Source: Heterodontus francisci (taxonomy: Eukaryota). Taken from it: 64,000 nucleotides of DNA. A program made the position numbers and the translations under genes. Positions 1 through 11,724 of the stretch are shown here, piece after piece (positions within the stretch are counted from its first letter, which is position 1; each line of letters starts with the position of its first letter). The notes under the pieces were generated by a model. That model did not search any database and was not told the DNA's origin. It saw only the letters and a program-made list of their open reading frames with translations. Location: contig NW_027140807.1 in assembly GCF_036365525.1 (NCBI RefSeq), positions 744,001 through 808,000 of the forward strand. Reading direction: 5' to 3'.

Positions 1-738
1 TCTGTGCTGTCAGACAAGAGTTGCAGTCACTTGTGTTCAGTCTGAGTGGAATCATTGGGAAACACAGAAACGTAAACGTTCAGAAATTCCTTCAGAAATA
101 TCTTTGAGCTTCTATCTCACATCCCTCTCTCTCTTACTCTCAGTTTTATCTCTGTCTCTCTGTTTCTCCTTTATCTGCCTTTCACACGCATATATAAATA
201 TATTTCATTTCTGTAACCGCCTCTCTCCGATGCGGGTCTCAGTTTCTCCAGCTCCCTCTTTCACTTCACTCTGTCTCCCACTCTCTCTGATGTTCTGTCT
301 CCCTGTCTGTCTCTCTGACTCTCACTTACTCTTTCTCTGTCTCTCTCACAGATGCTCTTTGTCTGTCTCTCTGTCTTTGTCTTTGTCAGAGGGACAGAGA
401 GCATCAGAGAGAGAGAGAGAGTGAGAGTGATCGACAGAGACAGAGAAAAGGGCAGTGAGACCGGAGTAAACACGGAATGCAAATGATCTTGGGAGATGGA
501 ACAAGAGGCAACAGAGAAGAGAGTGCAGGATAGAGGATGATAACACAGGGAGGGCAGATTAGAGACAAGACGAGTTGAGATAGAGAGAATAACAGAGACA
601 GATGAACAAACGAGTGGATGACAAACTGGAGGAAAGAGAGTTTAAATTAGAGAGGAGAGTTCATTCGAAATACGTCCCGTGCCCTGTGCGAAACTCTGGG
701 TGTGTTCAACCTGTTGATGTTGTGACTGTTGTGTTTAG

Positions 739-1623
739 ATACCAAATACAAGAGGATTAATGTGAAGATCACTTCAATGACTGATCTGGATGATGAAACT
801 GCAAAGAGAATCGTTGTGGAGAGGGTGAGAGACTGCACTGTATAGAGGAGAAACACGGGAGGCAACAGATCCTCCCTCTCACTGTCTGTATTCACTGAAT
901 GGGAACTCCAGGTCATTATTTAAACAGCTCTAATTCCCCCTCTGCTTATCTTCTGGTCCCCAGATCAGGCTTGTGAGGGGTTGAATGGGCTTCCTCCTGA
1001 GCCTGTGTGAAAGGCTGGAGAGGGGGTGAGGGGGCTGAATGGCCTTCTCCTGTTCCAATGCATTAACTCGAACGAGGGGCTGAATGGCCTCCTCCTGTTC
1101 CTGTGTAACAGACTCGAGGGGATGAATGGCCTATTCGTTGTACGGTAACCTCTCTCTGGTCTTCCCTCTCACTCTCCCCATTCTCTCTTTATGTCCTTTC
1201 TATCTCTGTCTCTTTCTCTGCCTCGCTCACCCACTCTGTATTTCTCTTTCTTTGTCTTTCTTTCTGTCTGTGTCTGCCTCTCCCTCACTGCATCTCTGAC
1301 GACCTCTCGCTCTGACGCACTCTGTTTCTCTACCTCTGTCTCAATCCCTGTAGCTCTCCCACCCTCTCTCTCCTTCTCTCCCTCTATCTGAGTATCTTTG
1401 CCTCACCCTGTCTCTCACTGTCTTGCCCCCACCCTCTCTCCCGATCTCTGTCTGTATCCTCTCTGTCTCTTTCTATTCACTCCTCCCCTTGCAGTAATAC
1501 TCATCGTTTCTCCTCTCTGCGATGCAGATGAAGCACATGTTCCAGGATCAGTGTCCACACACGAAGCTCGAATTGGATCCAGAAGACGTTCAGTGCTCGG
1601 CTAGTGAGCCTGTGGAAGTGTGA
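739..1623 (+). CDS. Two probable 3'-terminal coding exons (739-824, 1528-1623) of an unidentified upstream gene
   Basis: Exon A has acceptor gtgtttag and donor gtgaga and encodes (D)TKYKRINVKITSMTDLDDETAKRIVVER. Exon B follows a pyrimidine tract and cag and encodes MKHMFQDQCPHTKLELDPEDVQCSASEPVEV-stop (TGA 1621-1623). The phases (0/0) are compatible. Both are non-repetitive islands in CT/GA-rich DNA. Confidence 0.5.
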
Positions 1624-2254
1624 AGGTGTTTGGACATGTCAACAAGCACCCGACACGTGTGATCCAGTCTCTGTGTGTTTTAGATTCTCACTCAATCACT
1701 ATACCATCTTATCTTCACCTTGTTTAACTCAAGGAAATTGTCAGCAAAGGGTTAATCTCCGACTAGAAGTATGCTAATGTTAAACTGTAATTGGTGTGTC
1801 TTTATACTGCAGGGGTGTGGGAGCTTTACGCTATTGCTTTGTTAAATAGAGAACTACGATCCCATTTGTGTACAGTGACCACTGGTCAGCTGAACCCAGA
1901 CTAACCTGACAGCTCTGGCCAGTTTCAGGATGAAGTGATCTCAGGTTTAATGAGGGAGTTTCTTTAAAGATCTACCATTGAGTAGAGGTCCCTAAGCTTC
2001 ATGGAGCTGTCAGCACTGAGAATAGGGGCAAGGAAAACAGTTCGTCCTTGTCCAAGGAGAACCTCAGGGTAGATAACATCTTTTAAATTGAGGGTTCATG
2101 CAGAATGGGGGATTGGTTGATGCTGAACTTTGCAGAATCAAAATATATTGAAAAGGAAAGCTTTCATTGAGTACAAAGCATTTATGTGTGGCATATGTCA
2201 AATGTTTAATAACAAAGGAAGGGAGTTATACTGAGCTCAGGAACCTCATGCTGA

Positions 2255-2790
2255 CAACACTCCATCTCAATAACACCTCTGTGAATGCTTCCATTGTCTC
2301 TGCTCTGCCACACTGCTTGTCTAACATCCAATACTGGATGAGCAGTTATTTTCTCCTACTAAATATTGGGAAGACTGAAGCCATTGTCTGTGGTCCCCGA
2401 CACAAATGTCATTCTTGGACCACCGACACCATCTCTGGTACCTGTCTGAAACTGATCAAGACAGTTTTCAGCCTTTGTTGTTGTGTTTGACCCCGAGATG
2501 AGTTTCCGACCACATATCCACACCATCACCAAGACTGTCCATTTCCACCTCCATACCATCTCTCGACTCCGACCCTGCTTCAGCTCATCTGCTGCTGAAA
2601 CCCTCATCCGTGCCTCTGTTACCTCCAGACTGGACTATTCCAATACTCTCCTGGCCAACCGCACATCTTTCACACTTCCTGATCTTATCCTCATACAAAC
2701 ATTTGCTGCCTGTGTCTTCACTCAATCCGAACCCTGTTCACCCATAATCCCTGGAACTATTGCCATTCACTGACTCCCTGCTCCTCTCCA
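2255..2790 (+). mobile_element. L2-clade LINE, decayed 3' reverse transcriptase fragment
   Basis: Frameshifted ORFs with IQYWMSSYFLLLNIGKTEAIV and FDPEMSFRPHI...SRLDYSNTLL, typical of the L2 ORF2 C-terminus. Confidence 0.75.
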
Positions 2791-3337
2791 ATTTCCCAAT
2801 ATTAACATCCTGATCAGTCTGTTGAACTGTTGTGAAATGATTCATTGGTCACAGCTCTCTAGTGTAACAATGTAAAACGTCTGCAATAAGTGAACATGGC
2901 TGTGTATCTTCCATTGATGGACATTCAAACAAGGAGAGCTGCAGCATGGAAAGGCTTTTTAACGTGTTTGACTTCCTGACCACCCAGTGTGATTGCAAAT
3001 CTGATTGTAAACTGTGTGTTTAAAGTTTTATTGCATTCTCTGTCTGCTAAATATATCTATGAATATTGAACCTGACCGTCTCAAGAAGCTGATTGATTTT
3101 GCTGGAATGGCTTTACCATCTGATCATGGAAATCCAGTTTTTTTTTTGTTCTGGGAGGGAATACTCACTGTTAAATGATTGCTGAGTGCTGAGATCAGAA
3201 GGGATGTGACTGTACGTGGTGGGACTGCCCAGCATTCCCCAAACCTTGTGCTACTCCATTCTATTCTGGTCTGTGCTTCCACCCTGGATAATCCAGCTCA
3301 TTCAAGGCCTGTCAGATCAAAATGAGAAATCCTGACC
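2771..3337. repeat. Left arm of an inverted duplication (partners ~15052-15572 and ~16113-16152)
   Basis: Reverse-complement match, e.g. ctgcaataagtgaacatggctg versus cagccatgttcacttattgcag. Confidence 0.85.
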
Positions 3338-4940
3338 TTTCAAAAGGCATTTGATACAGTTCCACACATCAGACTTGTGAGCAAACATGTAGCTCTTGGA
3401 ATGCATAGGACGGTAGCAACATGGATTACGAAATTGGCTGAGTGACAGGAAACAGAGAATAGTGGATAATGGATGTTTTTCGGGCTGGAGAAAGGTTTGT
3501 AGTGGACTTCCCCAGGGATCAGTGTTGGGACCCTTGCTTTTCCTGATATATATTAATGTCCTAGACCTCGGTGTACAGGGCACAATTTCAAAATATGCAG
3601 ATGATACGAAACTTGGAAGCATTGTGAACTGTGAGGAGGATAGTGTAGAACTTCAAAAGGACATAGACAAGTTGGTGGAATGGGCAGACAAGTGACAGAT
3701 GAGGTTCAATGTGGAGAAATTTGAAGTGATTAATTTTGGTAGCAAGAACATGGAGAGACAATATAGAATCGAGGTTACAATTCTAAAGGGGGTGAAGGAG
3801 CAGAGAGACCTGTGTGTTTCTGTGCATAAGTCATTGAAGATGGCAGGACAGGTTGAGAGAGTGGTTGATAAAGCATACACTATCCTGGGCTATATTAATA
3901 GGGGCATAGATTACAAGAGCAAGGAAGTTATGTTGAACTCGTATCAGACACCAGTTTGTCCTCAGCTGGAGTGTTGCCTCCAATTCTGGGTGTTGCACTT
4001 GAGAAAAGATGTGAGGGCATTTGAGAGAGTACAGACGAGATTCACAAGAATGGTTCCAGGTATGAGGAATTTCAGTTATGAAGATAGATTGGAGAAATTA
4101 GGACTGTTTTCCTTGGAGAAGAGAAGGCTGGGAGGTGATTTGAGAGAGCTATTCAAAATCATGAGGGGCCTGGACAGAGTAGACACTGTTTCCACTCGTG
4201 AAAGGATCGAGAGCGAGAGGGCACAGATTTAAAGTATTTGGTAAGAGAAGCAAAAGTGACATGAGGAAACAAGTTTTCATGCAGCGAGTGGTTAAGCTCT
4301 GGAATGCGCTGCCTGAGAACATGGTGGAGGCAGATTCAACTGAAACATTTAAAATAAAATTAGACAGTTACATGAAATGGAAGAATTTGCAGGGTGACAG
4401 GAAGAGGCCGGGTGAGTGGAACTGAGGGAGTTGCTCTTTCAGAGAGCCAGTGGGGAGACGATGGGCCGAATGGCCTCCTTCGGCATGGTCACAATTCTGT
4501 GATTCTTTGATTATTATGAGGAATGTTTGAAGAGGTTGGGCAGATACTCATTGGAGTTTAGAAAAATGAGCCACGTAAGATTCTGAGGGGGCTTGACTGT
4601 GTAGATGCTGAGTGGATGTTCCTTCTCGTTGGGGAATCTAGAACTAGGCGTAACAATTTCAGAATAAGGGCCTCTCCCATTTAAGACGGAGATGAGGAGG
4701 ATATTTTTCTCTCAGAGGATTGTGAGTCTGTGGAACTCCGTTCCCTGGAGAGCAACGGAGGCTGGGTCATTGAATATATTCAAGCCTGAGTTTGACAGAT
4801 TTTGATTCTACAAGGGAGTCGGGGTTATAGTGGGCAGAAAGGAAAGTGGAGTTAAAGCTGCAATCAGATCAGTCATGAACTTATAGAATGGCTGAGCAGG
4901 CTCGAGGGGCCGAATGGCCTACTCCTTGCTCCCATTTCGG
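3338..4940 (+). mobile_element. CR1 LINE ORF2 (RT) remnant with 3' tail, followed by a second CR1 3' fragment
   Basis: GLPQGSVLGPLLFLIYIN and KYADDTKL motifs; stops and frameshifts; gggccgaatggcctcct tail. Confidence 0.9.
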
Positions 4941-5639
4941 ATAATCTTAATGACTGCCCAATTCAATATCGGGGTAGTTAAAGTCTCAAATCATCACATA
5001 ATTTTTTTCACCCCTCAGTTATTTCTTTACAGCTCTGCTCCTCTATGTCCTTCCTGCTCAATGGCAGCTGATAAAATACCTGCAAAGTAAAAATGTTTTT
5101 CAGAAGATGCTCACAGTCGGAGAACAGTGGACTGTTCATATCAGAGGCACAGATAAGATCTCCCACAGGCCACAGGTACACATTCAGCAACATATGCAAA
5201 CAACAATGAGCAAAGCCAGAGAGCTGGGAGAAGGCTTTTGTCGGCAGGACACACGACACTGTGAGGCCCCTGAGCAGATATCAATGTCCCTGCTGCTGTG
5301 CCCCTGACATTGGGACTGCAATGGATTTGCATTTACAGTCAAGCATTGCCCAGGTTACATTGCAGAAAGATGAATGAATTCTGCCCACTTGAGGGAGTTA
5401 TTGAGAGATCCCTCACCCACAACCAACACATTGCACCAATGGGAAAATACTGCAGATGCTGGAACTCTGAAACACAAACAGAATATTCAGTAGGTCTGGC
5501 AGCATCTGTGGAGAGAGAAACAGAGTTAACGTTTCAGCTTGGTCAGCCTTCTTCAGAACGGCAATGGTGAGAGATGGAACAGGTCTTAATAAAGTACAGA
5601 GGCAGGGAAAGGGACAAAACAACAATTTATAATATTCTC

Positions 5640-8490
5640 GCACCTTTAATGTAATAAAACTTGCCAAGGCTCTTCACAGGAGCATTATAAACACAATATG
5701 AAACTGAGTGACGTAAGGAAAGATTCGGTCAGACAATCAAAAGCTCAGTCAAAGAGGTAAGTTTTAAGGAGAATTTTAAATTGAAAAGTGAGGTGGAGAG
5801 GCGGAGAGGTGTAGCGAAGCAATTCCAGAGCTTAGGCCGCAGGCAACTGAAGGTGTGGCCACCAATGGTTGAACAATTAAGGTCGGGGATGCTTAAAGGG
5901 CCAGAATTAGAGGAGTGCAGAGATTTCGGAAGGTTGTAGAGGCTGGAGGACGTTACAGCGATAGGGAGGGCTGTAGGTGCTGGTGAAGGTTACAGAGAGA
6001 GGGATGGCTGTCGGAGCTGGTGGATGTTACAGAGATAGGGAGGGCTGTAGGTGCTGGTGGAGGTTACAGAGAGAGGGATGGCTGTCGGAGCTGGTGGATG
6101 TTACAGAGATAGGGAGGGCTGTAGGTGCTGGTGAAGGTTACAGAGAGAGGGATGGCTGTCGGGGCTGGAGGACGTTACAGCGATAGGGAGGGCTGTAGGT
6201 GCTGGTGGAGGTTACAGAGAGAGGGAGGGATGTAGGAGCTGGTGGAGTTTGAAGAGATAGGGAGTGCTGTTGGAGCTGGTGGATATTACAGAGATAGGGA
6301 GGGTTGTTGGAGCTGGTGGAGGTTACAAAGATAGGGAGGGCTGTAGGAGCTGGAGGAGGTTACTGCGATTGGGAGGGTTGTAGAGACTGGTGGAGGTTAC
6401 AGAGATAGGGAGAGTTGTAGAGACTGGTGGAGGTTACAAAGATAGGGAGGGCTGTAGGAGCTGGAGGAGGTTACTGCGATTGGGAGGGTTGTAGAGACTG
6501 GTGGTGATTACAGAGATAAGGAGGATTGTTGGAGCTGGTGGAGGTTACAGAGATAGGGAGAGTTGTAGAGACTGGTGGAGATTACAGAGATAGGGAGGGT
6601 TGTAGGAGCTGGAGGATGTTAACGCGATAGGGAGGGATGTAGAGACTGGTGGAGGTTACAGAGATAGGGAGAGCTGTACGAGCTGGTGCATGTTACAGAG
6701 ATAGGGAGGGTTGTTGGAGCTGGTGGAGGTTACAGAGATAGGGAGGGCTGTAGGAGCTGGAGGAGGTTAACGCGATTGGTAGGGTTGCAGAGACTGGTGG
6801 AGGTTACAGAGATAGGGAGGATTGTTGGAGCTGGTGGAGGTTACAGAGATAGGGAGGGTTGTAGAGACTGGTGGAGGTTACAGAGATTGGGAGAGCTGTA
6901 CGAGCTGGTGGATGTTACAGAGATAGGGAGGGTTGTTGGAGCTGGAGGAGGTTAACGCGATAGGGAGTGTTGTAGAGACTGGTGGAGGTTACAGAGATAG
7001 GGAGGATTGTTGGAGCTGGTGGAGGTTACAGAGATAGGGAGAGTTGTAGAGACTGGTGGAGATTACAGAGATAGGGAGGGTTGTAGGAGCTGGAGGAGGT
7101 TAACGCGATAGAGAGGGATGTAGAGACTGGTGGAGGTTACAGAGATAGGGAGAGCTGTACGAGCTGGTGCATGTTACAGAGATAGGGAGGGTTGTTGGAG
7201 CTGGTGGAGGTTACAGAGATAGGGAGGGTTGTAGAGACTGGTGGAGATTACAGAGATAGGGAGGATTGTTGGAGCTGGTGGAGGTTACAGAGATAGGGAG
7301 GGCTGTAGGAGCTGGAGGAGGTTAACGCGATTGGGAGGGTTGCAGAGACTGGTGGAGGTTACAGAGATAGGGAGGATTGTTGGAGCTGGTGGAGGTTACA
7401 GAGATAGGGAGAGTTGTAGAGACTGGTGGAGGTTACAGAGATTGGGAGAGCTGTACGAGCTGGTGGATGTTACAGAGATAGGGAGGGTTGTTGGAGCTGG
7501 AGGAGGTTAACGCGATAGGGAGTGTTGTAGAGACTGGTGGAGGTTACAGAGATAGGGAGAGCTGTACGAGCTGGTGGAGGTTACAGAGATAGGGAGGGTT
7601 GTAGAGACTGGTGGAGGTTACAGAGATAGGGAGAGTTGTAGAGACTGGTGGTGATTACAGAGATAAGGAGGATTGTTGGAGCTGGTGGAGGTTACAGAGA
7701 TAGGGCGGGCTGTCGGAGCTGGAGGAGGTTAACGCGATTGGAAGGGTTGTAGAGACTGGTGGAGTCTACAGAGATAGGGAGGATTGTTGGAGCTGGTGGA
7801 GGTTACAGAGATAGGGAGGGCTGTAGGAGATGAGGAGGTTAACGCGATAGGGAGGGTTGCAGAGACTGGTGGAGGTTACAGAGATAGGGAGGGCTGTAGG
7901 AGCTGGTGGATGTTACATAGATAGGGAGGGCTGTAGGAGCTGAGGAGGTTAACGCAATAGGGAGGGTTGTAGAGACTGGTGCAGGTTACAGAGATAGGGA
8001 GGGCTGTAGAAGGTTAACGCGATAGGGAGGGGAAGGGCCATGGGGGATTTGAGGACAAGGACGAGAAACTTAAAATGTGGATGTTGCTTGACTGGGAGGC
8101 AATGTAGGGCAGTGAGAGCAGGAGTGACAGGGGATCAGGACTTGGAGCAACTTAAGACACAGGCAGAAGAGTTTTAGATGACCTCAGGTTTACAGAAATT
8201 GGGTGAGCATCAGGACTGCCTTGACATTGTCAAGTCTAGAGCTGACAATGTCTTGAATGAGGGTTTCAGCCACATTTCAGCTGAAATTGGGGCGCGTTCG
8301 GGTGATCTTACAGAGGTGGAAATGTGCAGCGTTAGTGATGGTGCCTACATGAGGTCAGATGCGCATCTCGGCGTCAAATGTGGCACCAGGATTTCGAACA
8401 GACTGGCTTAAACTCAGACCACTGCCGGGGAGAGAGGTAGAGTCAGTAGTTAAGGAATGGAGTTTGGAGCGGAAACTGAAAACAGTAGCT
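5640..8490 (-). mobile_element. L2-like LINE 3' fragment interrupted by an internal minisatellite expansion
   Basis: Flanks 5700-5940 and 8040-8490 resemble the reverse complement of the L2 at 2255-2790 (VRNPGATFDAEM). Confidence 0.6.
5940..8035. repeat. ~37-bp minisatellite (ggtggaggttacagagatagggagggctgtaggagct)n
   Basis: Directly visible tandem array of about 2.1 kb. Confidence 0.95.
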
Positions 8491-8496
8491 TCAGTT

Positions 8497-10172
8497 ATGA
8501 GGGCAGTACTGAGGGAGTGCTGCACTGTCGTAGGGTCAGTACTGAGAGAGTGCTGTACTGTCAGAGGGTCAATACTGAGGGAGTGCTGCACTGTCAGAGG
8601 GTCTGTACTGAGGGAGTGCTGCACTGTTGGAAGGTCAGTACTGAGGGAGCGCTTCACTCACAGAGGGTCAGTACTGAGGGAGTGCTGCACTGTTAGAGGG
8701 TCAGGACTGAGGGTGTGCGGCACTGTCGGAGGGTCAGTACTGAGTGAGTGCTGCACTGTGACAGGGCCAGTACTGAGGGAGTGCTGCACTGACAGAGGGT
8801 CAGTACTGAGTGAGTGCTGCACTGTCAGAGGTGAAAACTGAGGGAGTGCTGCACTGTCGGAGGGTCAGTACGGAGGGAGTGCTGCACTGTCCGAGGGTCA
8901 GTACTGAGTGAGTGCTGCACTGTCAGAGGGGCTAACTGAGGGAGTGCAGCACTGTGCGAGGGTCAGAACTGAGGGAGTGCTGCACTGTCAGAGGGACAAA
9001 CTGAGGGAGTGCTGCACTGTTAGAGGGTCAGTACTGAGTGAGTGCTGTACTGTCAGAGGGTCAGTACTGAGGGAGTGCTGCACTGTCAGTGGATCAGTAC
9101 TGAGGGAGTGCTGCACTGTGAGAGGAGCAGTACTGAGTGAGTGCTGCACTGTCAAGGGTCAGTACTGAGTGAGTGCTGTACTGTCAGAGGGTCAGTACTG
9201 AGGGAGTGCTGCACTGTTATTGGGGCAGTACTGATTGAGTGCTGCACTGTCAGAGGGTCAGTACTGAGGGAGTGCTGCACTGTCAGAGGGTCAGTACTGA
9301 GGGAGTGCTGCACTGTTATTGGGGCAGTACTGATTGAGTGCTGCACTGTCAGAGGGTCAGTACTGAGGGAAAGCTGCCCTGTCAGAGGAGCAGTACTGAG
9401 TTAGTGCTGCACTGTCAGAGGGTCAGTACTGAGTGAGTGCTGTACTGTCAGAGGGTCAGTACTGAGGGAGTGCTGCACTGTGAGAGGAGCAGTACTGAGT
9501 GAGTGCTGCACTGTCAAGGGTCAGTACTGAGGGAGTGCTGCCCTGTCAGAGGAGCAGTACTGAGTGAGTGCTGCACTGTCAGAGGGTCAGTACTGAGGGA
9601 GTGCTGCACTGTGAGAGGGTCAGTACTGAGTGAGTGCTGCACTGTCAAGGGTCAGTACTGAGTGAGTGCTGCACTGTTATTGGGTCAGTACTGAGTGAGT
9701 GCTGCACTGTCAAGGGTCAGTACTGAGTGAGTGCTGCACTGTCAAGGGTCAGTAGTGAGTGAGTGCTGCACTGTTATTGGGTCAGTACTGAGTGAGTGCT
9801 GCACTGTCAAGGGTCAGTACTGAGGGAGTGCTGCACTGTCAGAGGGTCAGTACTGAGGGAGTGCTGCACTGTCAGAGGATCAGTACTGAGGGAGTGCTGC
9901 ACTGTTATTGGGGCAGTACTGAGTGAGTGCTGCACAGTCAGAGGGTCAGTACTGAGGGAGTGCTGCCCTGTTAGAGGAGCAGTACTGAGTGAGTGCTGCA
10001 CTGTCAGAGGGGCAGTACTGAGTGAGTGCTGCACTGTCAGAGCGGCAGTACTGAGGGAGTGCTGCCCTGTCAGAGGAGCAGTACTGAGGGAGTGCTGCAC
10101 TGTCAGAGGGGCAGTACTGAGTGAGTGCTGCACTGTCAGAGCGGCAGTACTGAGTGAGTGTTGCACTGTCAG
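8497..10172. repeat. 33-bp satellite (gagggagtgctgcactgtcagagggtcagtact)n derived from a Deu-SINE-like body
   Basis: Tandem array of about 50 units that runs into SINE body sequence (tttcagatgtgacgttaaac). Confidence 0.93.
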
Positions 10173-10214
10173 GAGCCCTCTTTCAGATGTGACGTTAAAC
10201 AGAGACTCCATCCT

Positions 10215-10560
10215 GCACAGTGGCGCAGTGGTTAGCACCGCAGCCTCACAGCTCCAGGGACCCGGGTTCGATTCCGGGTACTGCCTGTGTGGAGTTTGCA
10301 AGTTCTCCCTGTGTCTGCGTGGGTTTTCTCCAGGTGCTCCGGTTTCCTCCCACAAGCCAAAAGACTTGCAGGTTGATAGGTAAATTGGCCATTATAAATT
10401 GTCACTAGTATAGGTAGGTGGTAGGGAAATATAGGGATAGGTGGGGATGTTTGTTGGGAATATGGGATTAGTGCAGGATGAGTATAAAATGGGCGGTTGA
10501 TGTTCGGCACAGACTCGGTGGGCCGAAGGGCCTGTTTCAGTGCTGTATATCTAATATAAA
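10215..10560 (+). mobile_element. tRNA-derived V-SINE (HE1-like) nested in a Deu-SINE-like element
   Basis: A box tggcgcagtggtt, B box ggttcgattcc, V-domain-like gtgtggagtttgca...ctccggtttcctcccaca, CR1-type tail gggccgaagggcctgtttc. Confidence 0.8.
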
Positions 10561-10574
10561 TAATATAAAAAAAT

Positions 10575-10850
10575 CCTCTTACTCCCGTGGATATAAACAG
10601 TCCCATTGGACTATTTTGAATAACAGCAGGGGAGTTCTCCTTGGTGTCCTGGCCAATAATTATCCCTCAATTAACGTCACTAATGCAGATTACCTGGTCA
10701 TTCTCACATTGCTGTTTGTGGGAGCTTGCTGTGGACAAATCAGCTGCCATGATTCTTACATTACAACAGTGACTGCACTGCAGCAAAACAAGCATTTCAT
10801 TGGCTGTGACGCACTTTGGCAGCTGGTCGTGAGGGACGATATAAAATAGC
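10575..10850 (+). mobile_element. 3' half of a Deu-SINE-like (SacSINE1-like) element
   Basis: gcaggggagttctccttggtgtcctggccaat...tcacattgctgtttgtgggagcttgctgtg; continues the SINE broken at ~10215. Confidence 0.65.
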
Positions 10851-11724
10851 CTGTCAATAACTCCCTCTTTCTATTTGATATTGAAAGTCCAAGTGAATCG
10901 CTGTTTCACCTGGAAGGAGAGTTTGGGGTCCTGGACGGTTGCTGACATATTGAAGCAATTTATCATGAGAATGATCTGTCTGGGACACTCAGTGTCCATT
11001 TATGATCTAATATACACAGCCTATTGCTCAATACTGACACATTACTGATATGGGAGGTATTTATCCTGTGAATATTTTATGTCAGATACTCAGTGTCCAT
11101 TAATCTGAGAGGATACAGAGCACATTGCCCCAATATGATCCAGTACTGATGTCGTGCTAGTCAGATGAGTCTCACAGACTGAGGACAATGGACTGTTTCG
11201 ATCAGAGGCACAGAGAGGATCTCCCGAAAAGGCACCGGTACATATTCAGGTACATAGGCAAACAAGAGTGAAGACAGCCAGAGAGAGAGAGAGAGAGAGA
11301 TAGGGAGAGAGCTGTGAGAGTCGCTGTGTTACCAGGAAACGTGACATTGTGAAGTCTCTGCCCAGCTATCAATGGACCAGAGACTGACTGCTGGTCACAC
11401 CCTAACATTGGGACAGTGATGGGACTGCGATGGGCTCTGTATTTAAATTTCAAGTCAAACATTGGCAAGGGTGTATTTCTCGAAGCATTAGTCTGTATAT
11501 CTGAGGGAGTTATTGACAGGCTATTGTCAAATACTGACCCATTACTGATATGGCTGGGATTAATATCAGAACCATAGCAAGGGGCTGATGGATTCAAACA
11601 TGGAATTCTAGGAAAGCTGGGCACAGCTTGTTCCAGGATTTCGGAGAGGAAAGGGAGGTTGGAGATGGGACAGTATTTTGTAAGGACAGAAGAGTCAAGG
11701 GTTGCTTCTTTTGAAGGAGTCATC

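Noticed and set aside
5233-5263. GGCTTTTGT...CACTGTG resembling a J- or D-type RSS
   Set aside because: The spacer is 15 bp (neither 12 nor 23), and no FGxG J motif or second RSS follows
8497-10172. Regular 33-bp repeats resembling a CRISPR array, and long repetitive ORFs (ECCTVRGSVLR)
   Set aside because: Units are contiguous with no unique spacers and no cas genes; this is a eukaryotic SINE-derived satellite and the ORFs are artefacts of the repeat
10220-10295. tRNA-like A/B boxes
   Set aside because: Head of a tRNA-derived SINE that continues into a V-domain and LINE tail; not a tRNA gene
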